The notes: generated from the sequence alone by a model not told the origin. 64,000 nucleotides of DNA from an uncultured Methanosarcinales archaeon (GCA_964354285.1 CAYGYR010000001.1:518424-582423), one strand, 5' to 3'. Shown: positions 36,538 through 46,838, counted from the first letter of the stretch. Numbers and translations are program-made.

Positions 36538-38043
36538 ATGCAGAGCATCAAAGTCGAAGAGAAATCAGGAGAGCCTGTCATAAACCTGGCTCTAGACACG
36601 ATATCCAAGAAGAAACAGGCTCTTGTCTTCGTAAATGCAAAGCGCTCTGCTGAGAAGTGCGCAGAGGATATAAGCAAGAAAATAAAAGAAACAAGCCAGG
36701 AATTAACAGAACTCTCTGAAAAAGCACTCGGCGCGCTAAGCAGGCCGACAAAACAGTGCGAAAGGCTTGCAAAATGCCTTGCAAAAGGAATAGCTTTCCA
36801 CCATGCAGGACTGCATTCAAAACAAAAAGACCTGATTGAAGAAAATTTCAGAAAAGGAAAAGTAAAGATAATCTGCTGCACCCCAACACTTGCTGCAGGA
36901 GTTGATTTGCCCGCATTCCGCTCAATCATCCGCGATGTGAAAAGATACACGAGCATGGGAATGCAGCACATCCCTGTCTTGGAATACCTGCAGATGGCAG
37001 GAAGAGCAGGAAGGCCTTCATTTGACGCTTATGGTGAAGCAATACTTATTGCAGGCACTGATGCTGAAAAAAAAGCAATATACGAAAAATTCGTGCTTGG
37101 AGAGCCAGAAGAAGTTTATTCAAAGCTCGCAGTAGAGCCTGTCTTAAGAACATACTTATTGTCCCTTATTTCAACAAAAGTGATACAATCACAGGAGGAG
37201 ATATACACTTTCTTTGGAAAAACATTCTGGGCCCACCAGTTCAAGGACACGGCAAAGTTGAGAAAGAAAATAGACCAGATGCTGAAACTGCTCGAGGAAT
37301 GGGAGTTCATACAGCCGTTAAGCGGAAGCTACAATGCAACACTGTTCGGCAAGAGAGTTGCAGAGCTTTACATTGACCCTTTAACTGCGCATCATTTCAT
37401 CCATTGCCTGCAGATGGCAAAAGACACGAAAATAATGCCGATGTCCTTGCTTGTACTGGTTTCTAACACTCTTGAGATGACTCCGCAGCTGAGAGTCAAG
37501 ACCAAAGAATATGACGAAATACAAGAGCACATTGCAAAACACGAAAGTCACATGATTGACAAGGAGCCCAGCATGTTTGAGCCAGAATACGAGGATTACA
37601 TAAATGCATTCAAGACAGCCATGATGTTTGATGAGTGGATAAACGAGAAAGATGAGGAGCAGCTTCTTGAGCAGTATGACATAAGGCCAGGAGAGACCAG
37701 GGCAAAGCTTGAGAAGGCAGAGTGGCTTCTTTATGCATTGTCTGAAGTTGCAAGAATCAACCAGCAGCAATTCATCCTTAAAGACATTGCAAAACTAAGA
37801 TTCAGGCTAAAGCACGGCGCAAAAGAAGAATTAATACCCTTGCTAAGATTGAAAAACATAGGCAGGATAAGAGCAAGAAAAATGTTCAGGGCAGGTGTAA
37901 AGGATTTAGGTGATGTGAAGAAAACACCCCATGAACAGCTTTCAGTAATTCTTGGAAGCAAAAAAATAGCACTTGATATCAAAGAGCAGGTCGGGGAGAA
38001 GATAGTGGAAGAAAAAGATGGAACCCTGGAAAAGTTCAGTTGA
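36538..38043 (+). CDS. Hel308/Ski2-like helicase, C-terminal portion only (RecA2, winged helix, ratchet, HhH); N-terminal motor domain absent
   Basis: Begins at ALVFVNAKRSAE (start of RecA domain 2); HHAGL and TPTLAAGVDLPA motifs; no Walker A or DEAH box; only 115 nt upstream before tRNA-Ile. Confidence 0.6.
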   Translation: MQSIKVEEKSGEPVINLALDTISKKKQALVFVNAKRSAEKCAEDISKKIKETSQELTELSEKALGALSRPTKQCERLAKCLAKGIAFHHAGLHSKQKDLIEENFRKGKVKIICCTPTLAAGVDLPAFRSIIRDVKRYTSMGMQHIPVLEYLQMAGRAGRPSFDAYGEAILIAGTDAEKKAIYEKFVLGEPEEVYSKLAVEPVLRTYLLSLISTKVIQSQEEIYTFFGKTFWAHQFKDTAKLRKKIDQMLKLLEEWEFIQPLSGSYNATLFGKRVAELYIDPLTAHHFIHCLQMAKDTKIMPMSLLVLVSNTLEMTPQLRVKTKEYDEIQEHIAKHESHMIDKEPSMFEPEYEDYINAFKTAMMFDEWINEKDEEQLLEQYDIRPGETRAKLEKAEWLLYALSEVARINQQQFILKDIAKLRFRLKHGAKEELIPLLRLKNIGRIRARKMFRAGVKDLGDVKKTPHEQLSVILGSKKIALDIKEQVGEKIVEEKDGTLEKFS

Positions 38044-38489
38044 GGCATATTATGGAGCATATCGCAATACTTTCAAAAAAAAGAAAAATTCTTGATAAAA
38101 TCATTTCAGGAGAGAAAACAATAGAATCAAGATGGTATAAATTCAAAAAAGCCCCTTTTGAAGCAATCTTTGCAGGCGAAACTGTTTATTTCAAAGAATC
38201 AGGAGAGATGATATCTGCAAAAGCAAAAGTCAAAAAAACATTGTTCTTCAAAGACCTCAATCTTGAAAAGATAAAAGAAATACTGACAGCACACGGAAAA
38301 GATATTTGCATGAATATATCTCAGGCTGAAACAATCAAGGATAAAAAATTCTGTACATTAATTTTCCTTGAAGATGTTAAAAAAATAGAGCCTTTTGCAA
38401 TCAATAAGAAAGGATTTGGCGTGATGGCTGCATGGATATCCATTGATGATGTTGGCAAAATAAAGAAAATGCCAAATGCTGACAGGTGA
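38040..38489 (+). CDS. ASCH-domain protein
   Basis: ILSKKRKILDKIISGEKTIESR ASCH signature; 4-nt overlap with the helicase ORF. Confidence 0.55.
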   Translation: MRHIMEHIAILSKKRKILDKIISGEKTIESRWYKFKKAPFEAIFAGETVYFKESGEMISAKAKVKKTLFFKDLNLEKIKEILTAHGKDICMNISQAETIKDKKFCTLIFLEDVKKIEPFAINKKGFGVMAAWISIDDVGKIKKMPNADR

Positions 38490-39126
38490 ACAATTGATAC
38501 AAAGAATGACAGAAGACAACTCAGTGACTCTTTTTAATGAGAAATACCAGGAATATTACCACTCGATTCATGGCGCACTGGAAGAGGCATTTGAGAAATA
38601 CATAAAGCCCTGCAGGATTGCTGAGATTGCAAAAACCGGAAAAATCAGGATTCTTGATGTTTGCTTTGGCCTCGGCTATACATCTGCAGCTGCAATTGAG
38701 GCAGCTCTTGAAAGCAATCCTGAATGCGAGATTGAGATTGTAGGATTGGAGATTGATGCTGGCATATTTGATGAAATGAAAAAAGTAAGTCCTTCATTAA
38801 AATATTATGATGTGATACGCGGAGATAAAAAAAATCCCAAAATAAACCTAAAAATTCTAGTTGCTGACGCAAGAGTTAGTATAAAAGAGCTAACAGAGAA
38901 ATTTGATGCAGTTTTCCTGATTCCATTCAGCATTGCAGTCTGCCCAGAGCTCTGGACTGTTGAGTTTCTTTCAGACATTAAAAAAGCCATGAAGCCAGAA
39001 GCAATTCTTGCCACGTATTCCTGCGCAAAGCTTGTACGGAATAATCTTAAATCAGCAGGATTCATTATCAAGGACGGGCCAGCAGTGGGAAGAAGAGGGC
39101 CGTCTACAATCGCAACTCTTAAATAA
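38476..39126 (+). CDS. SAM-dependent methyltransferase, MnmC-like (DUF752-type)
   Basis: YHSIHGALEE and LDVCFGLGY motifs. Confidence 0.45.
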   Translation: MLTGEQLIQRMTEDNSVTLFNEKYQEYYHSIHGALEEAFEKYIKPCRIAEIAKTGKIRILDVCFGLGYTSAAAIEAALESNPECEIEIVGLEIDAGIFDEMKKVSPSLKYYDVIRGDKKNPKINLKILVADARVSIKELTEKFDAVFLIPFSIAVCPELWTVEFLSDIKKAMKPEAILATYSCAKLVRNNLKSAGFIIKDGPAVGRRGPSTIATLK

Positions 39127-39147
39127 TCTGCTCTTTTTTCTTTTGCC

Positions 39148-39798
39148 ATGAACAAATACGACCTGCACGTCCACACGTATCATTCTTCTTGTTCTAGAAT
39201 CAAGCCTGAGAAATTATTGAAAATTGCAAAGAAAAAAGGCCTGAATGGAATTGCGGTAACAGACCACAACACAATAAAAGGCGGGCTGGAGGCAAAGAAG
39301 CTCAACAAAGACAAGAATTTTGAGGTGATTGTCGGTGCTGAGATAAAGACACCTCAAGGAGAGATTCTCGGATACTATCTGAACAAAGAAATAAAATCAA
39401 GAACTCCTGCAGAAGTCATTGATGAAATCCACTCACAAGGTGGGCTTGCATTTATTGCTCACCCATTCACATGGGGAATCATAAGACAAGCAATGCAGGC
39501 AGACTGGAAGGAAATCAAAAAAGCTGATGGTTTTGAGACATTTAATGCAAGAATGACTTTCAAATGGGAAAATGAGCTTGCACAGCAGTTCGCGCAAAAG
39601 AAAAGATTAGCGCAGACCGGAGGATCTGACGCTCATTTTTGCTATGAGATTGGAAGGGCATTCACTGCTTTTGATGGAGATTTCAGGACAGCTGTTAAAA
39701 AGAAGAAGACCTTTGCCAGTGGAAGGATAGCCCCAATTCCTTTTGGCAGGGCACTGAGCTTGTTAAGGAAATTTACAGTTAAATTTATAAAACAGTAA
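39148..39798 (+). CDS. PHP-domain metal-dependent phosphoesterase
   Basis: YDLHVHTYHSSCS and AVTDHNT PHP motifs. Confidence 0.7.
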   Translation: MNKYDLHVHTYHSSCSRIKPEKLLKIAKKKGLNGIAVTDHNTIKGGLEAKKLNKDKNFEVIVGAEIKTPQGEILGYYLNKEIKSRTPAEVIDEIHSQGGLAFIAHPFTWGIIRQAMQADWKEIKKADGFETFNARMTFKWENELAQQFAQKKRLAQTGGSDAHFCYEIGRAFTAFDGDFRTAVKKKKTFASGRIAPIPFGRALSLLRKFTVKFIKQ

Positions 39799-39819
39799 GT
39801 TATTTTCTATAAAATAGAG

Positions 39820-40278
39820 GTGATTTTCATGGAAAAACTAGAAGCACTTTTGCTTATTGTTGTTTTAGTTGCAGCAGTCGTTGGATTATACTATATCTAT
39901 TCAGGAACAGGAGAAGCTGTCAGAACACTGCCTGGCTGCAAAGGCGGCTACACTATGAAGCTGCTTGCCACAGGCACACGCCCGATAATCTCAGACAAAT
40001 ATCATTTCCGTGGTGCATCGGGAACGATTGAGCTTGCAGGCATGCTGAATAATAGAGCAAAACTCCGCGTAGATGGTGTTGACACGCCTTATCTTGGATT
40101 CCGCGAGGTCTGGGTTGGCGACAAAATCGGCGTAAAGATGAGCGAGGTCACAAGAGATTCTGCTTCGTTCTGCCTTGCATCAAACACAGCAGAGTGCACA
40201 GATTATGTCTGGAATTATGACACCAAGAGAAGGGAATGCGGCAGGTGGACCAGCCAAGTAGAGTCATTGTTCAGCTAA
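39820..40278 (+). CDS. Secreted or membrane-anchored hypothetical protein
   Basis: N-terminal TM; scattered Cys. Confidence 0.35.
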   Translation: MIFMEKLEALLLIVVLVAAVVGLYYIYSGTGEAVRTLPGCKGGYTMKLLATGTRPIISDKYHFRGASGTIELAGMLNNRAKLRVDGVDTPYLGFREVWVGDKIGVKMSEVTRDSASFCLASNTAECTDYVWNYDTKRRECGRWTSQVESLFS

Positions 40279-40367
40279 ATTTTTTATTTTTCTTCTTTCT
40301 TTTATTTTTAAATTTAATTTTCGAAGAGATAGTTTTTTAAAGGCAGGTTATGTTATTAGACACAAAA

Positions 40368-40460
40368 GCCCCTGTAGTATAGCTTGGATAGTACGCGAGG
40401 TTGCGGACAGCGTGTAAATGCAAAAACCTTGAAACTGGGGTTCAAATCCCCGCAGGGGCG
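40368..40460 (+). tRNA. tRNA-Arg (GCG) with an anticodon-loop intron of about 19 nt
   Basis: Acceptor GCCCCTG/CAGGGGC; anticodon stem CGAGG/CCTTG around TTGCGG plus intron; T-loop TTCAAAT. Confidence 0.7.
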
Positions 40461-40521
40461 TGTTTTAAAATCCTTAAACTGTGTCACAATATTTAAAAAT
40501 AAGTTCTTACGAAGCAAGCTC

Positions 40522-41799
40522 ATGCAGGAATACTATCTGTCCCGAAATGCCAACAGCGAGGAATCAATAAAACTTTTTCTTAGAGATATTGGCAAACAAG
40601 AGATTCTCAAAAAAGAAGAAGAATTCGCATTGGCAGAGCAGATGGCGTACTACAAGAAAGAGATAATCCTAAACTTGTGCAGGCTTCCTGACTACAAAAA
40701 CTGCCTTGAAGACAGGTTAAAAGAATACAATGCTTATTGCGGGCAGATTGGAAAAAAAGAGCAGATTGAGAAGATACTCAATGACAAAACAAAAGGTGTT
40801 GAAACACGCCTCAAGTCTTGCATGGAACAAGTTGACAGAATAAACGCACGCTTAGCCTATCTTGCAAAAAATAGCAGCAGCGTTGGTGTGAGAAAGATAA
40901 CTAGCCAATTAAGAATCCATAAGCATAATCTGATAAATGATCTTGATTTTCCTCGCGACTTCATCTACAGGCTTATATTTGACCTGAAAGAAGCAAATCT
41001 TGGCAGGAGGTATGATGCAATAACAGAGAGAGTATACAAGCTCAATGAGTGTTATAATTCTGCTTTTGAGCTGTTTTCCAACTCAAATCTTAGGCTTGTT
41101 GTGAGTATTGCGAAAAAATATAGGTTCAGGGGATTTACTTTCGGAGACCTTATCAACGAGGGATGCTTTGGCCTGATAAGAGCCATAAACAAGTATGATT
41201 ACAAAAGGGGATATAAGTTCTCCACATACGCAACTTGGTGGATAAGGCAGGCAATACTTCGCGCTCTGGCTGACAAGGCAAATCTCAGAAGGATTCCAAT
41301 CCACATACTTGAGAAAAGAAACCTCATCAGTAAAGCAAGAGCTTGCCTCAGGGAAAAATCAGATGAAACACCCACTGTTGATCAGCTGGCAGAAGAAGCG
41401 AATATGTCTATTGCGGAAGCAGAGAACATTGAGAATGTATTTTCACGCAAGACAATCTCTCTTGATAAGCCTGCTAAAGATGACGATGATGATTACGGCA
41501 GCATGGTTGACTTTATGGTTGATGATAAATCTGCAAATCCTCCAAAGGAAGCAATAAGAAATGATATGAAGATAACAGTGCATAAAGTTCTCAATAATGC
41601 ACTTGACAGCAGGGAGCAAGAGATAATAAAACTAAGATACGGCATACCTGACGGCGCAAAATACACCCTTGAGGAAGTAGGCAGGATTTTCAGGGTCTCA
41701 AAGGAAAGAATCAGGCAGATAGAAGCAAAAGCAATGAGCAAACTGCAGCATCCTAGAAGCCCAAAGCTAAAAGCTTTTCTTGAGAAAGTAGGCAGATGA
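40522..41799 (+). CDS. Bacterial-type sigma-70 family RNA polymerase sigma factor (regions 1.2, 2, 3 and 4 present)
   Basis: [11 protein letters not shown] (region 1.2); [13 protein letters not shown]...[37 protein letters not shown] (region 2); [26 protein letters not shown] (region 4 HTH). The larger ORF start overlaps the tRNA, so the start is set at M47. Confidence 0.8.
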   Translation: MQEYYLSRNANSEESIKLFLRDIGKQEILKKEEEFALAEQMAYYKKEIILNLCRLPDYKNCLEDRLKEYNAYCGQIGKKEQIEKILNDKTKGVETRLKSCMEQVDRINARLAYLAKNSSSVGVRKITSQLRIHKHNLINDLDFPRDFIYRLIFDLKEANLGRRYDAITERVYKLNECYNSAFELFSNSNLRLVVSIAKKYRFRGFTFGDLINEGCFGLIRAINKYDYKRGYKFSTYATWWIRQAILRALADKANLRRIPIHILEKRNLISKARACLREKSDETPTVDQLAEEANMSIAEAENIENVFSRKTISLDKPAKDDDDDYGSMVDFMVDDKSANPPKEAIRNDMKITVHKVLNNALDSREQEIIKLRYGIPDGAKYTLEEVGRIFRVSKERIRQIEAKAMSKLQHPRSPKLKAFLEKVGR

Positions 41800-41879
41800 A
41801 AGACTGGGACCAGGCAATAACTTTATAAGCTACTAACTATATACTCTATCATATATTATGAACAAGGAGTGATGATACT

Positions 41880-42887
41880 ATGAAAAAAACAATACTGTTT
41901 TTAGCTATTTTCTTTATGTTCTTGACTGCGTGTGTTGTACAGCAACAGCAGCCAGCCAAAGAAACTGAAGAACAGATTACAACTGAAGGCGAGACTGCTC
42001 CTGAAGAGGAGATAGACGTTGAGGCAGTCCAACAGGATGAAAATGTAGTTGAGATTATTGAAGAAGAGCCGCAGGAAGAGCTGTCTGCAGAAAGAAAATA
42101 TTTTCTTGAGTTTGTAAACAAAGCGCCAACAGCATATGTCTTCAAGCAAGACCCTGGGGGAGCAAGATACGTGACTGTGTCTGGAAACAAAAGAAGCATA
42201 GGAGAATATAGGACTGATTATGATAACATATACTGGGGCACAGATACAAAAGAAGTGCTGCTTTACACAAGAGAGATTCCAGAATCCTGGTGGTGTCAGA
42301 GGAAAAACCTGACCTGCGGCATAAATCAGAGTCTAGGCGCAGGAAAATACCTGCCTGCATTCTTTAAGTTCATAGTATCAGGAGACAAGGAACAAGACGA
42401 GAGCCTCGTTCCAGATGAGTTGCAGAAATGGTTCTGGGTGTTCACTGCGGCACATGGGTCAAAGATTGTCAAGACAGACTGGTTTGGAGAGGTATACACC
42501 TTTGGCCCGATTGATTGGCTGATGGCATATAAAGATGCAGAGCCAGTAAAAATTGACCACAAAAAAATAACCGTGAAAGTACTAGGAAAAGAAGTGACTG
42601 TTGACACATCTATCTATTTCCAGGACGATGATGGGAAGACAGTGATTTTCAGAATGGACCCAAAACTCAATGTTCCTATGGTTGTCGAGAAGCTCAACAG
42701 CAATGGAACACAGGTTGAGTATTACAAGTATTTGCTTGAAACTCAATACCGAAGAAACACTTTTGAAAGTGTGCCTATACAAGATGTAGTCACGCCACCT
42801 TCAAACCACATCATAGTGACTGTAAGCGACATGAATGCATATGATGAGTATAAGGAAGGTTCAAGAGAAAATGCAGAGCGTTATTGA
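41880..42887 (+). CDS. Lipoprotein with a bacterial-style lipobox (LTAC) and acidic linker
   Basis: Signal peptide MKKTILFLAIFFMFLTAC followed by a D/E-rich region. Confidence 0.45.
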   Translation: MKKTILFLAIFFMFLTACVVQQQQPAKETEEQITTEGETAPEEEIDVEAVQQDENVVEIIEEEPQEELSAERKYFLEFVNKAPTAYVFKQDPGGARYVTVSGNKRSIGEYRTDYDNIYWGTDTKEVLLYTREIPESWWCQRKNLTCGINQSLGAGKYLPAFFKFIVSGDKEQDESLVPDELQKWFWVFTAAHGSKIVKTDWFGEVYTFGPIDWLMAYKDAEPVKIDHKKITVKVLGKEVTVDTSIYFQDDDGKTVIFRMDPKLNVPMVVEKLNSNGTQVEYYKYLLETQYRRNTFESVPIQDVVTPPSNHIIVTVSDMNAYDEYKEGSRENAERY

Positions 42888-42908
42888 TTTCTTTTAAATT
42901 TTTATTTT

Positions 42909-44678
42909 TTATTTCCCTCTTCCCCTCTGCTTCTCATAAAGAACTTTAACTTCTTCTGTTGTGCTTATCTCATCAGGGCTTCTGTCTTCCCTTAATCTTA
43001 CAAATCTTGGGAATCTTAATGCAAATCCTGAGCCATATGTCTGGCTTGCCTGAATCTCCTCATAATTAACTTCTATGATTACTGTTGGCTTGACTCTTAT
43101 TTCCTTGCCTTCTTCCTTGATAATGAACGGCTTAAGCATCTCTGTAAGCTGGTTAAAGCTGACACCTTCCTCATCTTTCTCTTTTATTCCTGTTCCAACC
43201 CTTCCGATTTCAACAAGCTCTCCTGTCTCTGGGTTCCTTACTGCAATTATGAAACTGCTTAACCACGCGCTTCTCTTTCCCTCACCCCACTCTGCACCAA
43301 CAATAGCAACATCAAGTGTCTCCATAACAGGCTTTAGCTTAACTCCGTAGCCGACTCTTGAGCCTGGCTTGTAAATTCCCTGAAGATTCTTAACCATCGC
43401 CCCCTCATTGCCTGCAGCAAGGGATTTCTTGTAAAACGCTTCTGCTGCGCTGTCATCTTCTGTGATCAACTGCACAGCTGGCTTTATCTTCAGGTCAGCA
43501 GGATTTGCAATGATTCTCTCAACAATCTTCCTTCTTTCAGAAAAAGGCTTCTTCAAAAGGCACTCGCCATCATAATAAACAACATCAAATATGTTAAGCT
43601 CGACAGGAAATTTCTTTGACATCTCTGCAATATCATACTTTCTTTTTATTCTTTGAGAGATATTCTGGAATGCAGTGTATTTTTTTGTATTTGTGTCATA
43701 GCCAACTGCCTCGCAGTCAATAATGAAAGAATCGCCTTTGACATGCCCCTGAACAAAAGAAACAACATCAGGGAACTGCTTTGTGACCTCATCAAGGCGC
43801 CTTGTGAAAAGCCAAATCTTGTCCTTATTCTTGTGAATCTGAAGCCTGAACCCGTCATACTTGTACTCAAAAGCAGCAGGCCTACCGACTGCCTCAAAAG
43901 CCTCTTTCATATCCTTTACTTTCTGGTAGAGCATCACTTTTATCGGCTTTCCTGGCTCAATGCTAATGCTGCCAAGGCCCTGAAGCCCATTTTCTTTTGC
44001 AGCTTTAGCAACAACTGCAAAATCATTAGCGACATCATACGCTTCCTGGACAGCTCCAATATACTGGTTGTATTTTTCCCTGTCTTCAACCACAAAATCA
44101 TTTTCTTTGCTTTCATACTTGAAGCCAAGCTCCTGGCTGAAAAACGCCCAGGCTATTGCATCCCTGACAGTGCCCTCACCAAGGCCAACCCTCAAATCCT
44201 CAAGAACAGTCCTGATGATATACTTGGCCTCAATCGGCTTTGCGCTCGTGATCAATTCTGCAATCAGCTTTACTTTTTTGTCAACTGTTCCAGCACCCTC
44301 CATTGATGCCTGCTTCTGTATGTTCTCAAAAACCTTGTCTGTTGTAAGCTCCTGAGCGAAAAGTGTTGCCTGGCTTTTCTTTGACATTATGTTTTCTGCA
44401 CAAAGGCCAAGGTCTCCTGTCTTTTTCCATTCCTTTTCTATCTCTGCCAGGTCAATTCCAGAAGCTGTATTGATCGCCTTAAGCAACAAGCGCGATGCCA
44501 TCCCTATTTTTCTTTCATCCCACTGGGGAAAAACAAGCCCTCTGACAAGAAGGATTATCCTGTCAAGCTCTTTCACAGGAATCTTTTTCAAAAACTCTGA
44601 CATGCAATATGTTTTCTCAAGCCTTTTAGAAGTTCTTTCAAGCTGCTCGTAAACCCCCACTAACTCAAGATATTTCAT
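42909..44678 (-). CDS. lig: ATP-dependent DNA ligase
   Basis: Active-site KYDGFR motif and an OB domain; archaeal/eukaryal-type length. Confidence 0.9.
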   Translation of the reverse strand: MKYLELVGVYEQLERTSKRLEKTYCMSEFLKKIPVKELDRIILLVRGLVFPQWDERKIGMASRLLLKAINTASGIDLAEIEKEWKKTGDLGLCAENIMSKKSQATLFAQELTTDKVFENIQKQASMEGAGTVDKKVKLIAELITSAKPIEAKYIIRTVLEDLRVGLGEGTVRDAIAWAFFSQELGFKYESKENDFVVEDREKYNQYIGAVQEAYDVANDFAVVAKAAKENGLQGLGSISIEPGKPIKVMLYQKVKDMKEAFEAVGRPAAFEYKYDGFRLQIHKNKDKIWLFTRRLDEVTKQFPDVVSFVQGHVKGDSFIIDCEAVGYDTNTKKYTAFQNISQRIKRKYDIAEMSKKFPVELNIFDVVYYDGECLLKKPFSERRKIVERIIANPADLKIKPAVQLITEDDSAAEAFYKKSLAAGNEGAMVKNLQGIYKPGSRVGYGVKLKPVMETLDVAIVGAEWGEGKRSAWLSSFIIAVRNPETGELVEIGRVGTGIKEKDEEGVSFNQLTEMLKPFIIKEEGKEIRVKPTVIIEVNYEEIQASQTYGSGFALRFPRFVRLREDRSPDEISTTEEVKVLYEKQRGRGK

Positions 44679-44747
44679 CGAAAAGAATATATAGAAGGAG
44701 TGTTTAAAAAACTTACGTTAAGTGTTAATTAAAAAGAGCGTGATACT

Positions 44748-45392
44748 TTGGATACACTAGACTGCATCGCAACCAGAAGATCTGTAAGAAAATACAAGGA
44801 CATTTCTATTGAATTTGAGAAGATAGGCAAAATACTTGATGCAGGAAGGCTTGCGCCAAGCGCTGGAAACCTGCAGGACTGGAAATTCATTCTTGTCACA
44901 GAGGAAGAAGCGAGGAAAAAGATTGCAGAGGCCTGCCTGAAGCAGTACTGGATGCAGGATGCTCCTGTGCATATCATTGTGGTCAGCCACCCTAAAAGAG
45001 TGGCCAGGTTCTATGGAGAGAAAGGGGAAAAAATCTATACGCAGCATAATGCAGCTGCAGCCATGCAGAACATGCTTCTTGCCGCAAATGACCAGGGCCT
45101 TGGGTGCTGCTGGGTCGGCGCCTTTGAAGAAGGAATGTTAAGGCAGGCCCTGGCGATACCAGACAGCGCAATGCCGCAGGCAGTCCTGACCTTCGGCTAT
45201 TCAGACGAGAAAGCAAAAAGGCCCCCAAAATATACCATCGAGGACGTGGCTTTTATCGAGGCATACGGCAATAAAGTCAAGGACATTGCAGCATACAGGG
45301 GATATTACTTAGAGCACGTGCAGAGGGCAATCAGGAAAGGAAAAGAGATGGTAAGAAAGATCCTCGACAAAAAGAGTTTAGAGAAGCGATAA
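44748..45392 (+). CDS. Nitroreductase-family protein
   Basis: RRSVRKY...PSAGNLQ motifs. Confidence 0.7.
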   Translation: MDTLDCIATRRSVRKYKDISIEFEKIGKILDAGRLAPSAGNLQDWKFILVTEEEARKKIAEACLKQYWMQDAPVHIIVVSHPKRVARFYGEKGEKIYTQHNAAAAMQNMLLAANDQGLGCCWVGAFEEGMLRQALAIPDSAMPQAVLTFGYSDEKAKRPPKYTIEDVAFIEAYGNKVKDIAAYRGYYLEHVQRAIRKGKEMVRKILDKKSLEKR

Positions 45393-45674
45393 TTATATCC
45401 TTTAACATATATTTTTAATCACGAAAATATTTATATATAAGAATTGTTTTATAAAAGAAAAATTAATTTTTAAACAAGTGTTTGGCGACACAAGTTTAAA
45501 ATCGTGTGTTTGTATTTGGCGTATCTTAGTATTGGCGTTCTAAGATAGTTAGATGAACGAATGTGCTTTCTTGAAAGACTTGTTGGCGCAAATCCTCAAA
45601 AACCCGTTCTAAGAAGTTCAAAGTATGAACTTAGATATAAACATTTCGTTATTGAAATGTATATATCATAAAAT

Positions 45675-45723
45675 ACAGAATTGCTTGCAATTCTGTGAGA
45701 TCACAAATTTTGAGTAATTTGTG
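45675..45723. promoter_or_regulatory. Two palindromes upstream of ftsZ2
   Basis: ACAGAATTGC(tt)GCAATTCTGT 45675-45696; CACAAATT(ttgagt)AATTTGTG 45702-45723; TTGGCG triple repeat further upstream. Confidence 0.55.
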
Positions 45724-45764
45724 ATACATCTAAAAAAAAGGGGAACCAAAAGGGGGGATGCCAA

Positions 45765-46838
45765 ATGGATATACTGGTAGAAAATGCAAAAGAAACAAGC
45801 CAGAGCCAAGACTTTTCTGACCTAAAAGTTGGCCAGGCAAATATAAAGGTAATAGGCAGTGGTGGAGCAGGAAATAATATGGTAACCTGGCTCTATAAAA
45901 GAGGAATAAAAGGAGCTGAAATAATTGCGTGCAACACAGACAAGCAACACCTTCAGATATCTGAGGCAGACAAAAAATTTATAATCGGAAGAGAGCTAAC
46001 TAGAGGGCTCGGCTGCGGTGGCTTTCCAAAGAAAGGAGCTGAGGCTGCACAGGAGAGCATGAGTGAATTAAAAGATGCTCTGAAAAATGCTGACATGGTC
46101 TTTGTCTGCGCAGGAATGGGCGGAGGCACAGGAACAGGCTCTGCACCAGTCATTGCACAAATCGCAAAAGACATGGGAGCAATAGTGATAGGAACAGTAA
46201 CCATGCCATTCAACATTGAAAGGGCAAGGGTAGAGAAAGCAGAATTCGGCCTTGAGCAACTAAGAAAATATTCTGATACTGTAATAGTAATTGACAACAA
46301 CAGGCTAGTCGCAATCGCAGGAAACCTGCCAATACAGCAGGCATTTGCAGTCGCGAACGAGCTTGTCGCAACAATGATAAGAGGAATCGTCGAAACAATA
46401 GCACTGCCAAGCCTTGTCAACCTAGACTTTGCAGACGTCAAAGCAATAATGACAAACGGCGGAGTAGCTGCAATAGGCGTCGGAAGCTCTGACACAAACA
46501 ACAGAGTTGAGGAAGCAACAAAGGGAGCACTTGAGAACCCACTGCTTGACATCAACTATGAGGGAGCAACAGGAGCGCTGCTTCACATCTGGGGCGGCCC
46601 GGATATGACGCTTGAAGAGATTAACAGAGTAGGAGAGCTTGTCACAGCAAACATGGATGAGGATGCAAACGTCATCTGGGGAGCAAGAGTCACAGATGAC
46701 ATGAAAGGAAAGCTCATGGTGATGACAATCATCACAGGAGTGAACTCGCAATGGATAATGGGCAAGACAACTGCTCAAACCAAAGCAGCTGCTAAGGCAG
46801 AGATTGAAGACGCTTTAGGAATCGAAATCCTAAATTGA
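45765..46838 (+). CDS. ftsZ: Cell division GTPase FtsZ (paralog 2)
   Basis: GSGGAGNN, GLGCGG and GGGTGTG motifs; C-terminal EIEDALGIEILN peptide parallels the ftsZ1 C-terminus. Confidence 0.9.
   Translation: MDILVENAKETSQSQDFSDLKVGQANIKVIGSGGAGNNMVTWLYKRGIKGAEIIACNTDKQHLQISEADKKFIIGRELTRGLGCGGFPKKGAEAAQESMSELKDALKNADMVFVCAGMGGGTGTGSAPVIAQIAKDMGAIVIGTVTMPFNIERARVEKAEFGLEQLRKYSDTVIVIDNNRLVAIAGNLPIQQAFAVANELVATMIRGIVETIALPSLVNLDFADVKAIMTNGGVAAIGVGSSDTNNRVEEATKGALENPLLDINYEGATGALLHIWGGPDMTLEEINRVGELVTANMDEDANVIWGARVTDDMKGKLMVMTIITGVNSQWIMGKTTAQTKAAAKAEIEDALGIEILN

Noticed and set aside
40384-40521. Upstream extension of the sigma-factor ORF
   Set aside because: It overlaps the tRNA-Arg gene on the same strand. 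M47 at 40522 is the first start downstream of the tRNA.
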